Positions 8,175 through 17,528 of a DNA stretch of 64,000 nucleotides are shown here, one piece after another; position 1 is the stretch's first letter; every line of letters starts with the position of its first letter. The notes beneath the pieces are model-generated. The model was given only the letters and a program-made list of their open reading frames with translations, was not told where the DNA came from and searched no databases. Origin of the DNA: a bacterium (lineage in GTDB: Bacteria; Krumholzibacteriota; Krumholzibacteriia; LZORAL124-64-63); the NCBI GenBank assembly GCA_031441465.1, contig JANOEP010000072.1, positions 30,385 to 94,384 on the forward strand, read 5' to 3'. Made by a program: the position numbers and the translations under genes.

Positions 8175-9679
8175 GACGGCCGCCGCTCGCCCCGCCGCTC
8201 GCCCCGCCGCTCGCCCTGCCGCTCGCCCTGTCGATCGCCCTGTCGATCGCCGCAGTGCTCTGCGTGCTGGCGGCCGGCTGCGGCAACGACCCCTTCGATC
8301 CCGGCTCGGTGACCAACCGGCGCCCGGTCGCGCGGATCTTCGTGACCGCCCCGGTGGGGGGCGAGTTGAATCCCACGAGCTACTTCCAGCGCACGTTCCA
8401 CTGGTCGGGCACCGACGAGGACGGCTTCGTCCGGGCCTACTACGTCTCGATCGAGACCGAGGCGGGCGCGAGCGCCCCCTGGGACACGACCGCCGCCACC
8501 GACACGACGATGACCTTCGAGACCGACGACACCGGCCGGGCGCAGGCCCTGATCCGGGTGGCCTGCCGGGACGACCGCGGCGCCTACAGCGACACGGTCA
8601 GCCAGTACATCCCGCTGCGGAATTTCCCGCCGGTGATCAACTTCGTCAGCGATTACGACACGTTCTTCTGGAGCTACGGCTCGGCGGACTTCCGCTGCTT
8701 CGCCCTGGATCTCGACGGCAACGTGACGATGGACGACTCCGTCGTCTTTCATCTGGACACGGCGGACACCACGCTGGCCCCCCTGTCCGAGGGCGAGCCG
8801 GGCGCGGACCCCGCCCTGCGCCCGGTGATCAAGCGCCTCGACGACCCCGCCCTCGGCACGTTCCAGATCGACCTGCACGGCCAGGCCCAGCCCGGCCAGC
8901 GCACGCTGACCATCCGGGTCAGCGACGAGGCCGACGCCACGACGCGCTTCGATTGGACCTGGGAGGTCCGGCCGGCGCTCAGCGACGTGCTGCTGGTCGA
9001 CGACAGCGTCGGCAACTTCGACCGCGCCTTCTACCACACGGTCATGGACTCGATCTACGGGCCGGGCGGCTGGTCCCTCTACGACATCTCCGACGGCCTG
9101 CCCGACCGGCTGTGGGTCCTGCTCGAGACCCTGCGCCAGTTCCCGGCGGTGTTCTGGTACACCGGCGCCAGCGCCTCGCCGCGCCTGGCCGCGGCGGCGG
9201 ATCTCGTCGCCCAGTACGTGCAGCCGTCCGCCGGTTACGAGCCGGGCAAGCTGCTGCTGGTCTCGCCGGCCCTGATCGGCGTGCCCGGCGCGCCGCCGCC
9301 CAGCTTCGTCACCAACACGCTGGGCTTCCGGGTCACCCCGGAGCAGTCCACGTTCTACATCCCGTCCACGAAGAAGGGGCTGCCGCTGAAGGCCGGCCTG
9401 CCGGAACTGACTTTCAACGGCAACATCTCCGCCGGGGTGGGGATGGCCGCCGCGGATTCCAGCACGACCAAGTACCTCTACCGGATGGAGTACCACCGGT
9501 ACATCAACGGCCGCCCTTCCAGCCGCCCCTTCGTGGCCGTGCGCAACCCGCCCTCGTCGTCCGGGACCTTCGCCCAGGCGGTGACCGTGACCGTGCAGCT
9601 GGACTACAGCACGCCGGGCAGCGGCCTGGCGGTCGTGCGCGCCCTGCTCTCGCAGGAGCTGGGGGTGATCCTGCCGTGA
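8171..9679 (+). CDS. lipoprotein with two Ig/PKD-like DxDG repeats and a C-terminal alpha/beta domain
   Basis: ATGA overlap with upstream stop; lipobox LAAGC; repeats FHWSGTDEDG / FRCFALDLDG; DVLLVDD...VFWYTG domain. Confidence 0.8.
   Translation: MRRPPLAPPLAPPLALPLALSIALSIAAVLCVLAAGCGNDPFDPGSVTNRRPVARIFVTAPVGGELNPTSYFQRTFHWSGTDEDGFVRAYYVSIETEAGASAPWDTTAATDTTMTFETDDTGRAQALIRVACRDDRGAYSDTVSQYIPLRNFPPVINFVSDYDTFFWSYGSADFRCFALDLDGNVTMDDSVVFHLDTADTTLAPLSEGEPGADPALRPVIKRLDDPALGTFQIDLHGQAQPGQRTLTIRVSDEADATTRFDWTWEVRPALSDVLLVDDSVGNFDRAFYHTVMDSIYGPGGWSLYDISDGLPDRLWVLLETLRQFPAVFWYTGASASPRLAAAADLVAQYVQPSAGYEPGKLLLVSPALIGVPGAPPPSFVTNTLGFRVTPEQSTFYIPSTKKGLPLKAGLPELTFNGNISAGVGMAAADSSTTKYLYRMEYHRYINGRPSSRPFVAVRNPPSSSGTFAQAVTVTVQLDYSTPGSGLAVVRALLSQELGVILP
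8180..8251 (+). repeat. 6 x 12-nt degenerate tandem repeat in the lipoprotein signal peptide
   Basis: CCGCCGCTCGCC x3, CTGCCGCTCGCC, CTGTCGATCGCC x2, encoding PPLA PPLA PPLA LPLA LSIA LSIA. Confidence 0.9.
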
Positions 9680-12570
9680 GCGTCGCCCCGGATCCCCGCC
9701 GCGCCGCGCTGGGACTGGCGCTGGTCGTCGCGATGCTCGCGGCGGCGACGCCGGTCTGCGCGCAGGCCCCGCGGGCCGCCGCCGTGGACCAGCGGCCGGC
9801 CATGATCAAGGGCTACGTCGTCGAGGCGGAGGACGGGGACCCGCTGCCCTACACGAACGTCTACATCTCGAGCTCGCGCATCGGCACCATCGCCCTGCAG
9901 GAGGGCCAGTTCTTCCTGGCCGGGCTGCGGCCGGGCACCTACACGGTGAACGCGTCCTACATCTCCTACTCGCTCGGCTCCGAGACCGTGACCGTGGGGC
10001 CGGGCGAGACGGCCGTGATCGAATTCCGCCTGACGGTCGAGGCGATCCTCAGCGAGGCCGTCGAGGTCTCGGCCGAGCGCCGGCTCATCGAGATCGAGCG
10101 CACGGGTTCCACGCACCGCCTGTCCTCGGAGCAGATGGAGGCCCTGCCGCTGGACAACCTGGTCGAGATGATCGCGCAGAAGCCGGGCGTGACGCTGCAG
10201 GACAACGAGATCCACATCCGCGGCGGCCGCTCCGACGACACGCAGTTCATCATCGACGGCGTCAGCGTCAACGACCCTCTGGCCGGCGGCGGCTACGGCT
10301 ACGCCATCGACCCCTCGATCATCAACGAGATCGAGGTGCTCACCGGCGGCTTCAACGCCGAGTACGGGCAGGCCGTCTCCGGCGTGGTCAACGTCTCCAC
10401 CAAGGAAGGCAGCGACCGCTGGAGCGGCAAGACGAGCTGGAAGCGGGACTACTGGCGGCGCGCCGAGGTGTCCGTCCAGCCCGACTGGCGGCAGCCGTAC
10501 GATCTCGACCGGCCCCAGAACATCGACGTGGTCAAGGCCTCCGTCTCGGGGCCCGACCCCTTCAGCGACGCCCTCGGCGCGCTGGGGCTGCGGCCGCCGG
10601 GCAAGACCTACCTGCTGCTCTCGGGCTCGATGGACGTGCGCGACGGTCCGCTGCCGATCTACTCCCGCACGCGGCGGCTCTCCTCGCCCATGTACGACTT
10701 CGACTGGGCCGCGCCCCGGCAGCAGAACGAGTGGAACGGCCTGGCGAAGTGGACCTGGAACGTCAACGCCAGGCACAAGCTCAACTTCACCGCCAGCCGC
10801 CAGTTCGAGATCAGCCAGGGCTTCGAACTGGCGGGGGAGGGCTACCCGCGCCCGTTCCAGGACAACCTGGACCGCTACCTCGTCTTCACCAACGAGAGCA
10901 TCCTGAGCCAGCTCTACTACCGCTGGGTGATGGGCGAGAACGACTACTTCGAACTCAACTTCGGCCGCAACTTCTCGCGCCAGCACGCGAACATCAACGG
11001 CAACGACGACTTCACGACCTACCCGCTCATCAACTCCCCGCCGTCGCCCACGGGGCTCGCCTTCGGTTCGGCCGACCGCTGGCACGACCACTTCGCCGAG
11101 TCGTGGAACCTGAAGACGACGTACGCCTGGGTGGCCAACGAGACCAACCAGTTCAAGACGGGCCTGGAGATGAACTTCACCGAGATGCAGCTGGTGGACC
11201 TGCAGTCCTCGCTGGGGTCGCCCCCGCCCGGCAAGCTGGGCATCAAGGAGGACATCTTCAAGGTGCACCCCATCGTGGGCGCCGCCTACATCCAGGACAC
11301 GGTCAACTACAAGGGCATGATCGTGAACGCGGGCCTGCGGCTGGACGCCTGGGCGCCGGGCCGCGAGGTCGAGTACGTCATGGACCACTCGGACGACTAC
11401 CTGTTCATCTTCGACGACATGGCCGACGAGTTCTACGACAACACCGTCGAGTTCTGGATGCGCAGCTGGAAGATGCGCGTCTCGCCGCGCCTGGGGGTCA
11501 GCTTCCCGGTGACGGACAAGGACAAGTTCTTCTTCAACTACGGGCACTTCTCGCAGTGGCCGCGGTACTCGTACGTCTACCCGCAGCTGCAGGCGCAGAC
11601 GGCCACCAAGATCCAGCTGCTCGGCAACCCCAATCTCGACCCCAAGATCACCGTGGAGTACGAGACCGGCGTCCAGCACGAGTTCCCCGGGCTGTGGAGC
11701 CTCGGCGTCACCTTCTTCAACCGCGACATCTACGGCTACGCCAAGTCGGTCCAGATGAAGCCGGTGAACATCGGCGCCGACGAGACCCCCGACCCGAACG
11801 ACACCGGCACGGTCACCATCGACCCCGTGCGCTATTTCAACGGCGATTCGGCGCGCAGCCTGGGCGTGGAGTTCAGCGTCATCAAGCGGACCACGCGCTG
11901 GCTGAGCGGTTCGGCGAGCCTCGAGCTGTCGCGCAGCACCGGCACCAACAGCGACGCCGACGAGGCGTACCTGCTGGCCGTCTACGACGAGGCCTACACG
12001 CCCACCGCGAGCATCGGCGGCCTGAAGCGCAACCCCCTGCTCTGGGACAAGCCCTGGAAGGTCTCCTTCAACCTCGACTTCGCCGTCGACAAGAAGGACC
12101 GCCTGCAGCTGTTCGGCTGGGACCTGCCCGCCGACTGGAGCCTCAACCTGCTCTTCCAGGCGGAGGCCGGCCAGCGCTACACGCCGCGCGGCTTCGCCGA
12201 CCCGGAGAACCCCGTGTTCGGCGAGTACGTCTACGGCGATCCCTACTCGGAGCTGGGGCCGGCGAAGCACTCGCTCAACCTGCGCTTCAACAAGACCTGG
12301 GACCTGTCGCGACGCCAGCGCCTGACGTTCTTCTTCGAGGGCCGCAACGTCCTGGACCACAAGAACTACCGGCGCATCAACCCCTGGACGGGCACGGGCT
12401 ACCAGGTCGGGGACAGCAACCCCGGCTGGGTCGACAACTACGCCGACTGGTACGGCGAGGAGGGGCCGGTCCTCAACACCTACTCCCGCGAGTACGTCAA
12501 GAGCCAGATCGACCCGAGCTACGTCGAGGATCCCCGCATGCTGCTGATGGGGGTGAGCTTCTCATGGTAG
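9676..12570 (+). CDS. TonB-dependent receptor with an N-terminal carboxypeptidase-regulatory-like domain
   Basis: GTGA overlap; signal peptide; IKGYVVEAEDGDPLPYTNV; TonB box EAVEVSA; plug HIRGGRS...IDG...GGFNAEYGQAVSGVVN; SPRLGVSFPV, GNPNL; ends in aromatic FSW. Confidence 0.92.
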   Translation: MSVAPDPRRAALGLALVVAMLAAATPVCAQAPRAAAVDQRPAMIKGYVVEAEDGDPLPYTNVYISSSRIGTIALQEGQFFLAGLRPGTYTVNASYISYSLGSETVTVGPGETAVIEFRLTVEAILSEAVEVSAERRLIEIERTGSTHRLSSEQMEALPLDNLVEMIAQKPGVTLQDNEIHIRGGRSDDTQFIIDGVSVNDPLAGGGYGYAIDPSIINEIEVLTGGFNAEYGQAVSGVVNVSTKEGSDRWSGKTSWKRDYWRRAEVSVQPDWRQPYDLDRPQNIDVVKASVSGPDPFSDALGALGLRPPGKTYLLLSGSMDVRDGPLPIYSRTRRLSSPMYDFDWAAPRQQNEWNGLAKWTWNVNARHKLNFTASRQFEISQGFELAGEGYPRPFQDNLDRYLVFTNESILSQLYYRWVMGENDYFELNFGRNFSRQHANINGNDDFTTYPLINSPPSPTGLAFGSADRWHDHFAESWNLKTTYAWVANETNQFKTGLEMNFTEMQLVDLQSSLGSPPPGKLGIKEDIFKVHPIVGAAYIQDTVNYKGMIVNAGLRLDAWAPGREVEYVMDHSDDYLFIFDDMADEFYDNTVEFWMRSWKMRVSPRLGVSFPVTDKDKFFFNYGHFSQWPRYSYVYPQLQAQTATKIQLLGNPNLDPKITVEYETGVQHEFPGLWSLGVTFFNRDIYGYAKSVQMKPVNIGADETPDPNDTGTVTIDPVRYFNGDSARSLGVEFSVIKRTTRWLSGSASLELSRSTGTNSDADEAYLLAVYDEAYTPTASIGGLKRNPLLWDKPWKVSFNLDFAVDKKDRLQLFGWDLPADWSLNLLFQAEAGQRYTPRGFADPENPVFGEYVYGDPYSELGPAKHSLNLRFNKTWDLSRRQRLTFFFEGRNVLDHKNYRRINPWTGTGYQVGDSNPGWVDNYADWYGEEGPVLNTYSREYVKSQIDPSYVEDPRMLLMGVSFSW

Positions 12571-13616
12571 ACCGCGCGACACGATCCGGACGGCGCCCGG
12601 CGGCGGCGGCGCTGCTGGCGGCGGCGCTGCTGGCGACGGTTCTCGCCGGCGCCGCGCGGGCCGGGGACGTGCTCGAACTCTACGGCGACGAGAACGTGGG
12701 CACCGCCGGCGCCCAGTTCCTGCGCCTGCCGGTCGGCGCGCGCGCGGTCGGGCTGGGCCGCGCCTACGTCGCCTGCGCCGTCGACGGTCCGGCCGCCTTC
12801 TGGAACCCCGCGGGGATCATGCGCACCCCCGGCTTGAGCAACCTGTTCTTCTCCCACGTGGCCTACGCCGCCGACATCGACCTGGAATACGCCTCCTGCC
12901 ACTGGCGCCGCCAGAACTTCGGCTTCGCCCTGTCGGGCGCGATGCTGCGTTCGGGCGAGATCCCGCGCACCGACGAGTTCCACCAGGAAGGGACCGGCCA
13001 GACCTTCACCGCCAACCAGTTCGTGCTGTCGGCGAGCGTGGCGAAGGCGATGACCGACCGCTTCTCGCTGGGCGGCACCGCGAAGCTCTACCAGGAGAAC
13101 CTGGACGAGTTCGTGGTGCGCGGCCTGCTGATGGACCTCGGCGTGCTCTACTACACGGGCCTCGGCGACATGCGCGTCGGTTTCGCCGTGCGGAACTTCG
13201 GCCCCGACCTGCGCCCGGGCGGCACGCCGCCGCCGCTGGGCCCCGGCTACGCCACGCCGCGGGACTTCCAGAGCTTCCAGGCGCCGACCTCCGGCAGCTT
13301 CGGCCTCGCCTACACCTTCCGCCTCGGGGAGCGGACGACCCTGCTGACCACGTCCGATTTCCACCACCCCACCGACGCCTCCGAGAGCTTCCGCGCCGGC
13401 GCCGAGCTGGGGCTGGCCGAGCGCCTGCTGCTGCGCGCCGGCTTCGAGACCAACCGGCTCGAGGGCGGCCTCGGCGCGGGCTTCGGCGTGAACCTGGCGC
13501 GCGACCAGTGGCGGATCCGGCTCGACTACGCGGTCAGCGACATGGGCGCCTTCGGCACGATCCACTACCTCTCGCTCGACCTGTCGCCCCTGCCCGACGG
13601 AAGGAGGCGGCGATGA
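12564..13616 (+). CDS. PorV/PorQ-family outer-membrane beta-barrel
   Basis: GTAGAQFLRLPVGARAVGLGRAY...AFWNPAG FadL/PorV-type N-terminus; amphipathic strands; LLRAG...RLDYA; start overlaps the TBDR stop. Confidence 0.85.
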   Translation: MVDRATRSGRRPAAAALLAAALLATVLAGAARAGDVLELYGDENVGTAGAQFLRLPVGARAVGLGRAYVACAVDGPAAFWNPAGIMRTPGLSNLFFSHVAYAADIDLEYASCHWRRQNFGFALSGAMLRSGEIPRTDEFHQEGTGQTFTANQFVLSASVAKAMTDRFSLGGTAKLYQENLDEFVVRGLLMDLGVLYYTGLGDMRVGFAVRNFGPDLRPGGTPPPLGPGYATPRDFQSFQAPTSGSFGLAYTFRLGERTTLLTTSDFHHPTDASESFRAGAELGLAERLLLRAGFETNRLEGGLGAGFGVNLARDQWRIRLDYAVSDMGAFGTIHYLSLDLSPLPDGRRRR

Positions 13617-14779
13617 CCCGCCCGCGTCCGGAGTGCGGCCGGTCGACGCCGCTGCTGCTGGCGGCGGCGCTCGCGGCGCTGGTCGCCGGCTGCGGCGTCA
13701 AGATCGTCGCGCCGCGGGCCGTCGGCCTGTTCTCGACCAACGCGTACACGACGGACACGCTGTTCGTCGACCCCGGCGCGCGGCAGATGGTCGCGGCCAT
13801 CGGCCGCCTCTTCGTCGTGGGCGCCGACGGCAGCCTCGTCAAGCGCACCCTCGACTACGAGGAGTTCTCGCGCATCGACGGGTTCGCCGACCCGGTCGCC
13901 GTCTGCACCGACGAGAGCGCCCGCCTGGTCTTCGTCTGGGAGGCGGGCGCGAACCGCCTCAGCGCCTTCCATACCGCCGACCTGACGCCGGCCGGATCCG
14001 CGACGCTGACGACCGTGCAGCGGGCCACCCACATCTACGCCTGCGAGACCGGGAAGGCGGAACTGGCGCCGACCGCGGCGACGTTCCTCTACCTCGCCGA
14101 CCCCGACTCCGGCGTGGTCCACCGCTTCGCCTGGTACGAGGGCGGCGACATGGCCCCGATGGGCATCCTCTGCCGCGACGAGGGCTTGTCGACGCGCTCC
14201 GTCCACGTGCCCGCGGGCATGCTGCGCGACACCGGCGGCATGCTGCTGGTCTGCGATGCCGACACCGCGCGCAACTGGGTCACCCGCTTCGACCCGACGC
14301 CGATCCTGACCGACGTCGTCGCCGCCCCCGAAGGGCCGCATCCCTGGCGGGGCCTCGCCGTCGTCTTCGCCATGGAGGGTTGCGAGCCCCAGCCCCAGTC
14401 CGCCTACACCCTCGGCGACGCGCCGCAGTGCGGCGAGGACGAGACCTGGGTCGGCGGCCGCAGCGCCGCGCCCGGAGAGTTCGACACGCCCTCGGCCCTG
14501 GCGAGCGACGGCCAGGGCCGGATCTTCGTGGCGGACACCGGCAACGACCGCGTGCAGATCTTCTCGGACCGCGGCGTCTTCGAGATGGCCTTCCGCGACA
14601 CGAGCCGGACGTCGGATCCGGTCAGCATCGGCGTGGTGGACGTGAGGATCGCCGGCGGCGGCGTCAACTACGGCGCCTACGTGTTCACGCTCTCGGGAGC
14701 GGACGGCAAGGTGCGCCGCTTCATCTCCTACGACCACTACATGTCGCTCAACGACGAGCCGCCGCCGCCGCCGAACTAG
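13613..14779 (+). CDS. NHL-repeat (beta-propeller) lipoprotein
   Basis: ATGA overlap and AGGAGG RBS; lipobox LVAGC; NHL motif GEFDTPSALASDGQGRIFVADTGNDRVQIF. Confidence 0.8.
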   Translation: MTRPRPECGRSTPLLLAAALAALVAGCGVKIVAPRAVGLFSTNAYTTDTLFVDPGARQMVAAIGRLFVVGADGSLVKRTLDYEEFSRIDGFADPVAVCTDESARLVFVWEAGANRLSAFHTADLTPAGSATLTTVQRATHIYACETGKAELAPTAATFLYLADPDSGVVHRFAWYEGGDMAPMGILCRDEGLSTRSVHVPAGMLRDTGGMLLVCDADTARNWVTRFDPTPILTDVVAAPEGPHPWRGLAVVFAMEGCEPQPQSAYTLGDAPQCGEDETWVGGRSAAPGEFDTPSALASDGQGRIFVADTGNDRVQIFSDRGVFEMAFRDTSRTSDPVSIGVVDVRIAGGGVNYGAYVFTLSGADGKVRRFISYDHYMSLNDEPPPPPN

Positions 14780-14822
14780 ACCGGCCGCGGCACGCGCCTC
14801 GGGCCCACGGAGGGAAGCACGC

Positions 14823-15512
14823 ATGCCCGGACAGCCGCCAACCGCCCACGTCCGCGACGACGTGCCGTTCTACCTCTCCATCTCGGGCAACATCGGCGTC
14901 GGCAAGTCCACCGTCTGCGCCATGATGGGCGAGGCGCTGGGCTGGCCCGCCTACTACGAGCCGGTCGCCGACAACCCCTACCTCGAGGACTACTACCGGG
15001 ACATGCCCCGCTGGGCGTTCCACCTGCAGATCTACTTCCTGAGCAAGCGGTTCGAGGTCCAGAAGGACATCATCGAGCGGGGCACCTCGGCGGTGCAGGA
15101 CCGCACCATCTACGAGGACGTCGAGATCTTCGCCCCGGTGCTGCACCGGCGCGGCGCCATGGACACCCGCGACTACGAGAACTACCGCGAGGTCTTCCAG
15201 AACATGATCTCGTTCCTGCGGCCGCCGGACCTGGTGCTCTACCTGCGCTGCTCGCCCGACGTGGCCATGGCCCGCATCGGCGACCGCGGCCGCGACTGCG
15301 AGAAGACGATCCCCCGCGACTTCATCGTCGACCTGCACGAGGCCTACGAGGATTGGGTGCCCCGCGCCCGCGGGATCTGCCCGGTGCGGGTGATCGACAC
15401 CGAGCAGGTCAACCTGCGCGACGACCAGGCGGCCCAACAGGCGCTGCTGGACGAGATCCGCGCCCTGCACGCGGCCAAGCGCGACCGCGCGAAACGGGAG
15501 GCGTCACGATGA
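14823..15512 (+). CDS. deoxynucleoside kinase
   Basis: P-loop SGNIGVGKST, EPVADNPYLEDYY, QIYFL, DRTIYED, PDLVLYL, RGR lid. Confidence 0.92.
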   Translation: MPGQPPTAHVRDDVPFYLSISGNIGVGKSTVCAMMGEALGWPAYYEPVADNPYLEDYYRDMPRWAFHLQIYFLSKRFEVQKDIIERGTSAVQDRTIYEDVEIFAPVLHRRGAMDTRDYENYREVFQNMISFLRPPDLVLYLRCSPDVAMARIGDRGRDCEKTIPRDFIVDLHEAYEDWVPRARGICPVRVIDTEQVNLRDDQAAQQALLDEIRALHAAKRDRAKREASR

Positions 15513-16606
15513 GCATCGGCCGACGAAGCGACCTGCTGCGGGGGACCCGCATCCCCGACGACGTGCTGCGCGAGCTGCCCAAGACCGACCTGCTGCGGCA
15601 CCTGGACGGCAGCCTGCGCCCCGGCACGTTCCGCGAGCTGGCCGCCGCCCGCGGCTGGGAGGTCCCGGCCGGGGACCGCGCCCTGCTCGCGCGCTACTTC
15701 CCGGTGGATCCCGAGAGCTGCCAGCAGCACTTCGTGAACTTCTTCGACCGCACGACCGAGGTGCTGCAGCGGGCCGACGACTTGGCGCGCGTCGCCCGCG
15801 AGACGGTCGAGGACGCCGCCGCCGACGGCTGCTGGTACCTGGAGGTCCGCTTCTGCCCGCTGCGCCACGTGAACGAGGGCTTGTCCCCGGACGACGTCGT
15901 GACCGCCGTGCGCCGCGGCCTGGACGAAGCGACCACCCTGACGGGCGTGCAGGCCGGGATCATCATCACCGGGATCCGCACCATCAGCCCCGACGCCTCG
16001 CTGCACCTGGCCGAGCTGGCCGTGCGCTGGAAGGGCCGCGGCGTGGTGGGGTTCGACCTGGCCGGCACGGAGCGGGACTACCCTGCCAAGGACCACCGCG
16101 AGGCGTTCTACCACATCATGAACAACAACCTCGCCGCCACCATCCACGCCGGCGAGGGCTTCGGCCCCGAGTCCATCCACCAGGCCCTGCACTACTGCGG
16201 CGCCAACCGCATCGGGCACGGCACGCGGTTGCACGAGGACCAGGATCTGTTAGCCTATGTGAACGACCTGCGGATCCCCCTGGAGCTGTGCCTGACCAGC
16301 AACGTGCTGACGGGCGTGGTCCCGTCGGTCGGGGAGCACCCGCTGCGGCGCTACCTGGAGCTGGGCCTGCGCGTGACGCTCAACACGGACAACACGCTGT
16401 TCGCGCGCACGTCGCTGCTGACGGAGCTGCGCCGCGCGGTGGACGCCTTCGACCTGAACCTGCTGGAGACCGAGACCTTGCTGCTCAACGGCTTCAAGAG
16501 CGCGTTCCTGCCGCAGGCGGTCAAGGCCGACCTGATCCGCGAAGCGGCCGGGGCCTTCCTGTCCCTGCGCGACAAGTTCGACCTCGACGCGCTGGAAATC
16601 GCATGA
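15509..16606 (+). CDS. add: adenosine deaminase (first Zn-ligand His replaced by Leu)
   Basis: PKTDLLRHLDGS, YLEVRFCP, GFDLAG, HAGE, RIGHG, ELCLTSN, LNTDN; ATGA overlap. Confidence 0.88.
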   Translation: MSIGRRSDLLRGTRIPDDVLRELPKTDLLRHLDGSLRPGTFRELAAARGWEVPAGDRALLARYFPVDPESCQQHFVNFFDRTTEVLQRADDLARVARETVEDAAADGCWYLEVRFCPLRHVNEGLSPDDVVTAVRRGLDEATTLTGVQAGIIITGIRTISPDASLHLAELAVRWKGRGVVGFDLAGTERDYPAKDHREAFYHIMNNNLAATIHAGEGFGPESIHQALHYCGANRIGHGTRLHEDQDLLAYVNDLRIPLELCLTSNVLTGVVPSVGEHPLRRYLELGLRVTLNTDNTLFARTSLLTELRRAVDAFDLNLLETETLLLNGFKSAFLPQAVKADLIREAAGAFLSLRDKFDLDALEIA

Positions 16607-17496
16607 CCGGGGATCGCTCGGGCGGGCGCGCCAGCAGGCTGAGCGACCTCTGGCGCGGGCGCGTGGAGGAGGCCGCCGCCTGGCTGCGCGGGCGCGGCTT
16701 TACCGGCGGCCAGGGTCGTACGAGAGGCATCGGCATCATCCTGGGCAGCGGCCTCGGCAACTTCGTCGACGCGGTGAGCGACCCGCGCGCGATCGACTAC
16801 GCCGGGATCCCCGGCTGGGCGACCACCACCGTGGCCGAGCACCGCGGCCGCCTGGTGGCCGGCACGGCCGGCGGCCGGGACGTGGTCGTCATGCAGGGCC
16901 GCCTGCACCCCTACGAGGGCCTGCCCTGGGACGAACTGCTGCTGCCCACGGCGGTGCTGGCCTGCCTGGACGTGGACACGGTCGTGGTGACCAACGCCGC
17001 GGGCGGACTGAACCGGTTCTATCGCCCCGGCGACCTGATGGTCATCCGCGACCAGCTCGACCTGCACCTGCAGGACCCGCTGCGCGGCCTGCTGGCCGAC
17101 CCCGTGCCGCCGGCCGCGGCGCCGGGCCGGGGCGCGCGGCCGCACGCCGTCTTCGACGAGGACCTGGCCCGCGCCCTGCTCGCGGCCGGCGCCGCCACGG
17201 GCGTGCCCCTGCACGCCGGCGTCTACGGCAGCATGTGGGGGCCCGCCTACGAGACCAAAGCCGAGATCGGGATGCTGCGCCGGGCGGGCTGCGACGCCGT
17301 GGGCATGTCGACGGCGCCGGAGACGTCCCTGCTGGCGGCTCTGGGCGTCCGCGTGGTGGGGCTGTCCTGCATCACCAACCCCGCCCAAGAGGTGGGGCAG
17401 CCGGAACTGTCGCATCAGGACGTCGTAGAAGCGGGCGCGATGGTGCGGGACCGCATGGCCCGCCTGCTGCTGGATTTCCTGCCGCGCCTGGGCTGA
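16603..17496 (+). CDS. punA: purine nucleoside phosphorylase (trimeric type)
   Basis: IILGSGLG, MQGRLHPYEG, TNAAGG, GPAYETKAE, DAVGMSTAPE, SCITN, LSHQDV. Confidence 0.92.
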   Translation: MTGDRSGGRASRLSDLWRGRVEEAAAWLRGRGFTGGQGRTRGIGIILGSGLGNFVDAVSDPRAIDYAGIPGWATTTVAEHRGRLVAGTAGGRDVVVMQGRLHPYEGLPWDELLLPTAVLACLDVDTVVVTNAAGGLNRFYRPGDLMVIRDQLDLHLQDPLRGLLADPVPPAAAPGRGARPHAVFDEDLARALLAAGAATGVPLHAGVYGSMWGPAYETKAEIGMLRRAGCDAVGMSTAPETSLLAALGVRVVGLSCITNPAQEVGQPELSHQDVVEAGAMVRDRMARLLLDFLPRLG

Positions 17497-17528
17497 CCCC
17501 GGGCGTTTTCTCAAGGGAGTGAGCGCAC

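Noticed and set aside
8180..8251. Short repeats as a CRISPR array
   Set aside because: Contiguous in-frame 12-nt units without spacers, and no cas genes.
7088..16602. Long N-terminal extensions on ORF-track entries (7088, 8953, 10731, 13508, 15353, 16288; likewise 22641, 30761, 43666)
   Set aside because: Artefacts of taking the most upstream start. Real starts overlap the preceding stop codon or follow an RBS.
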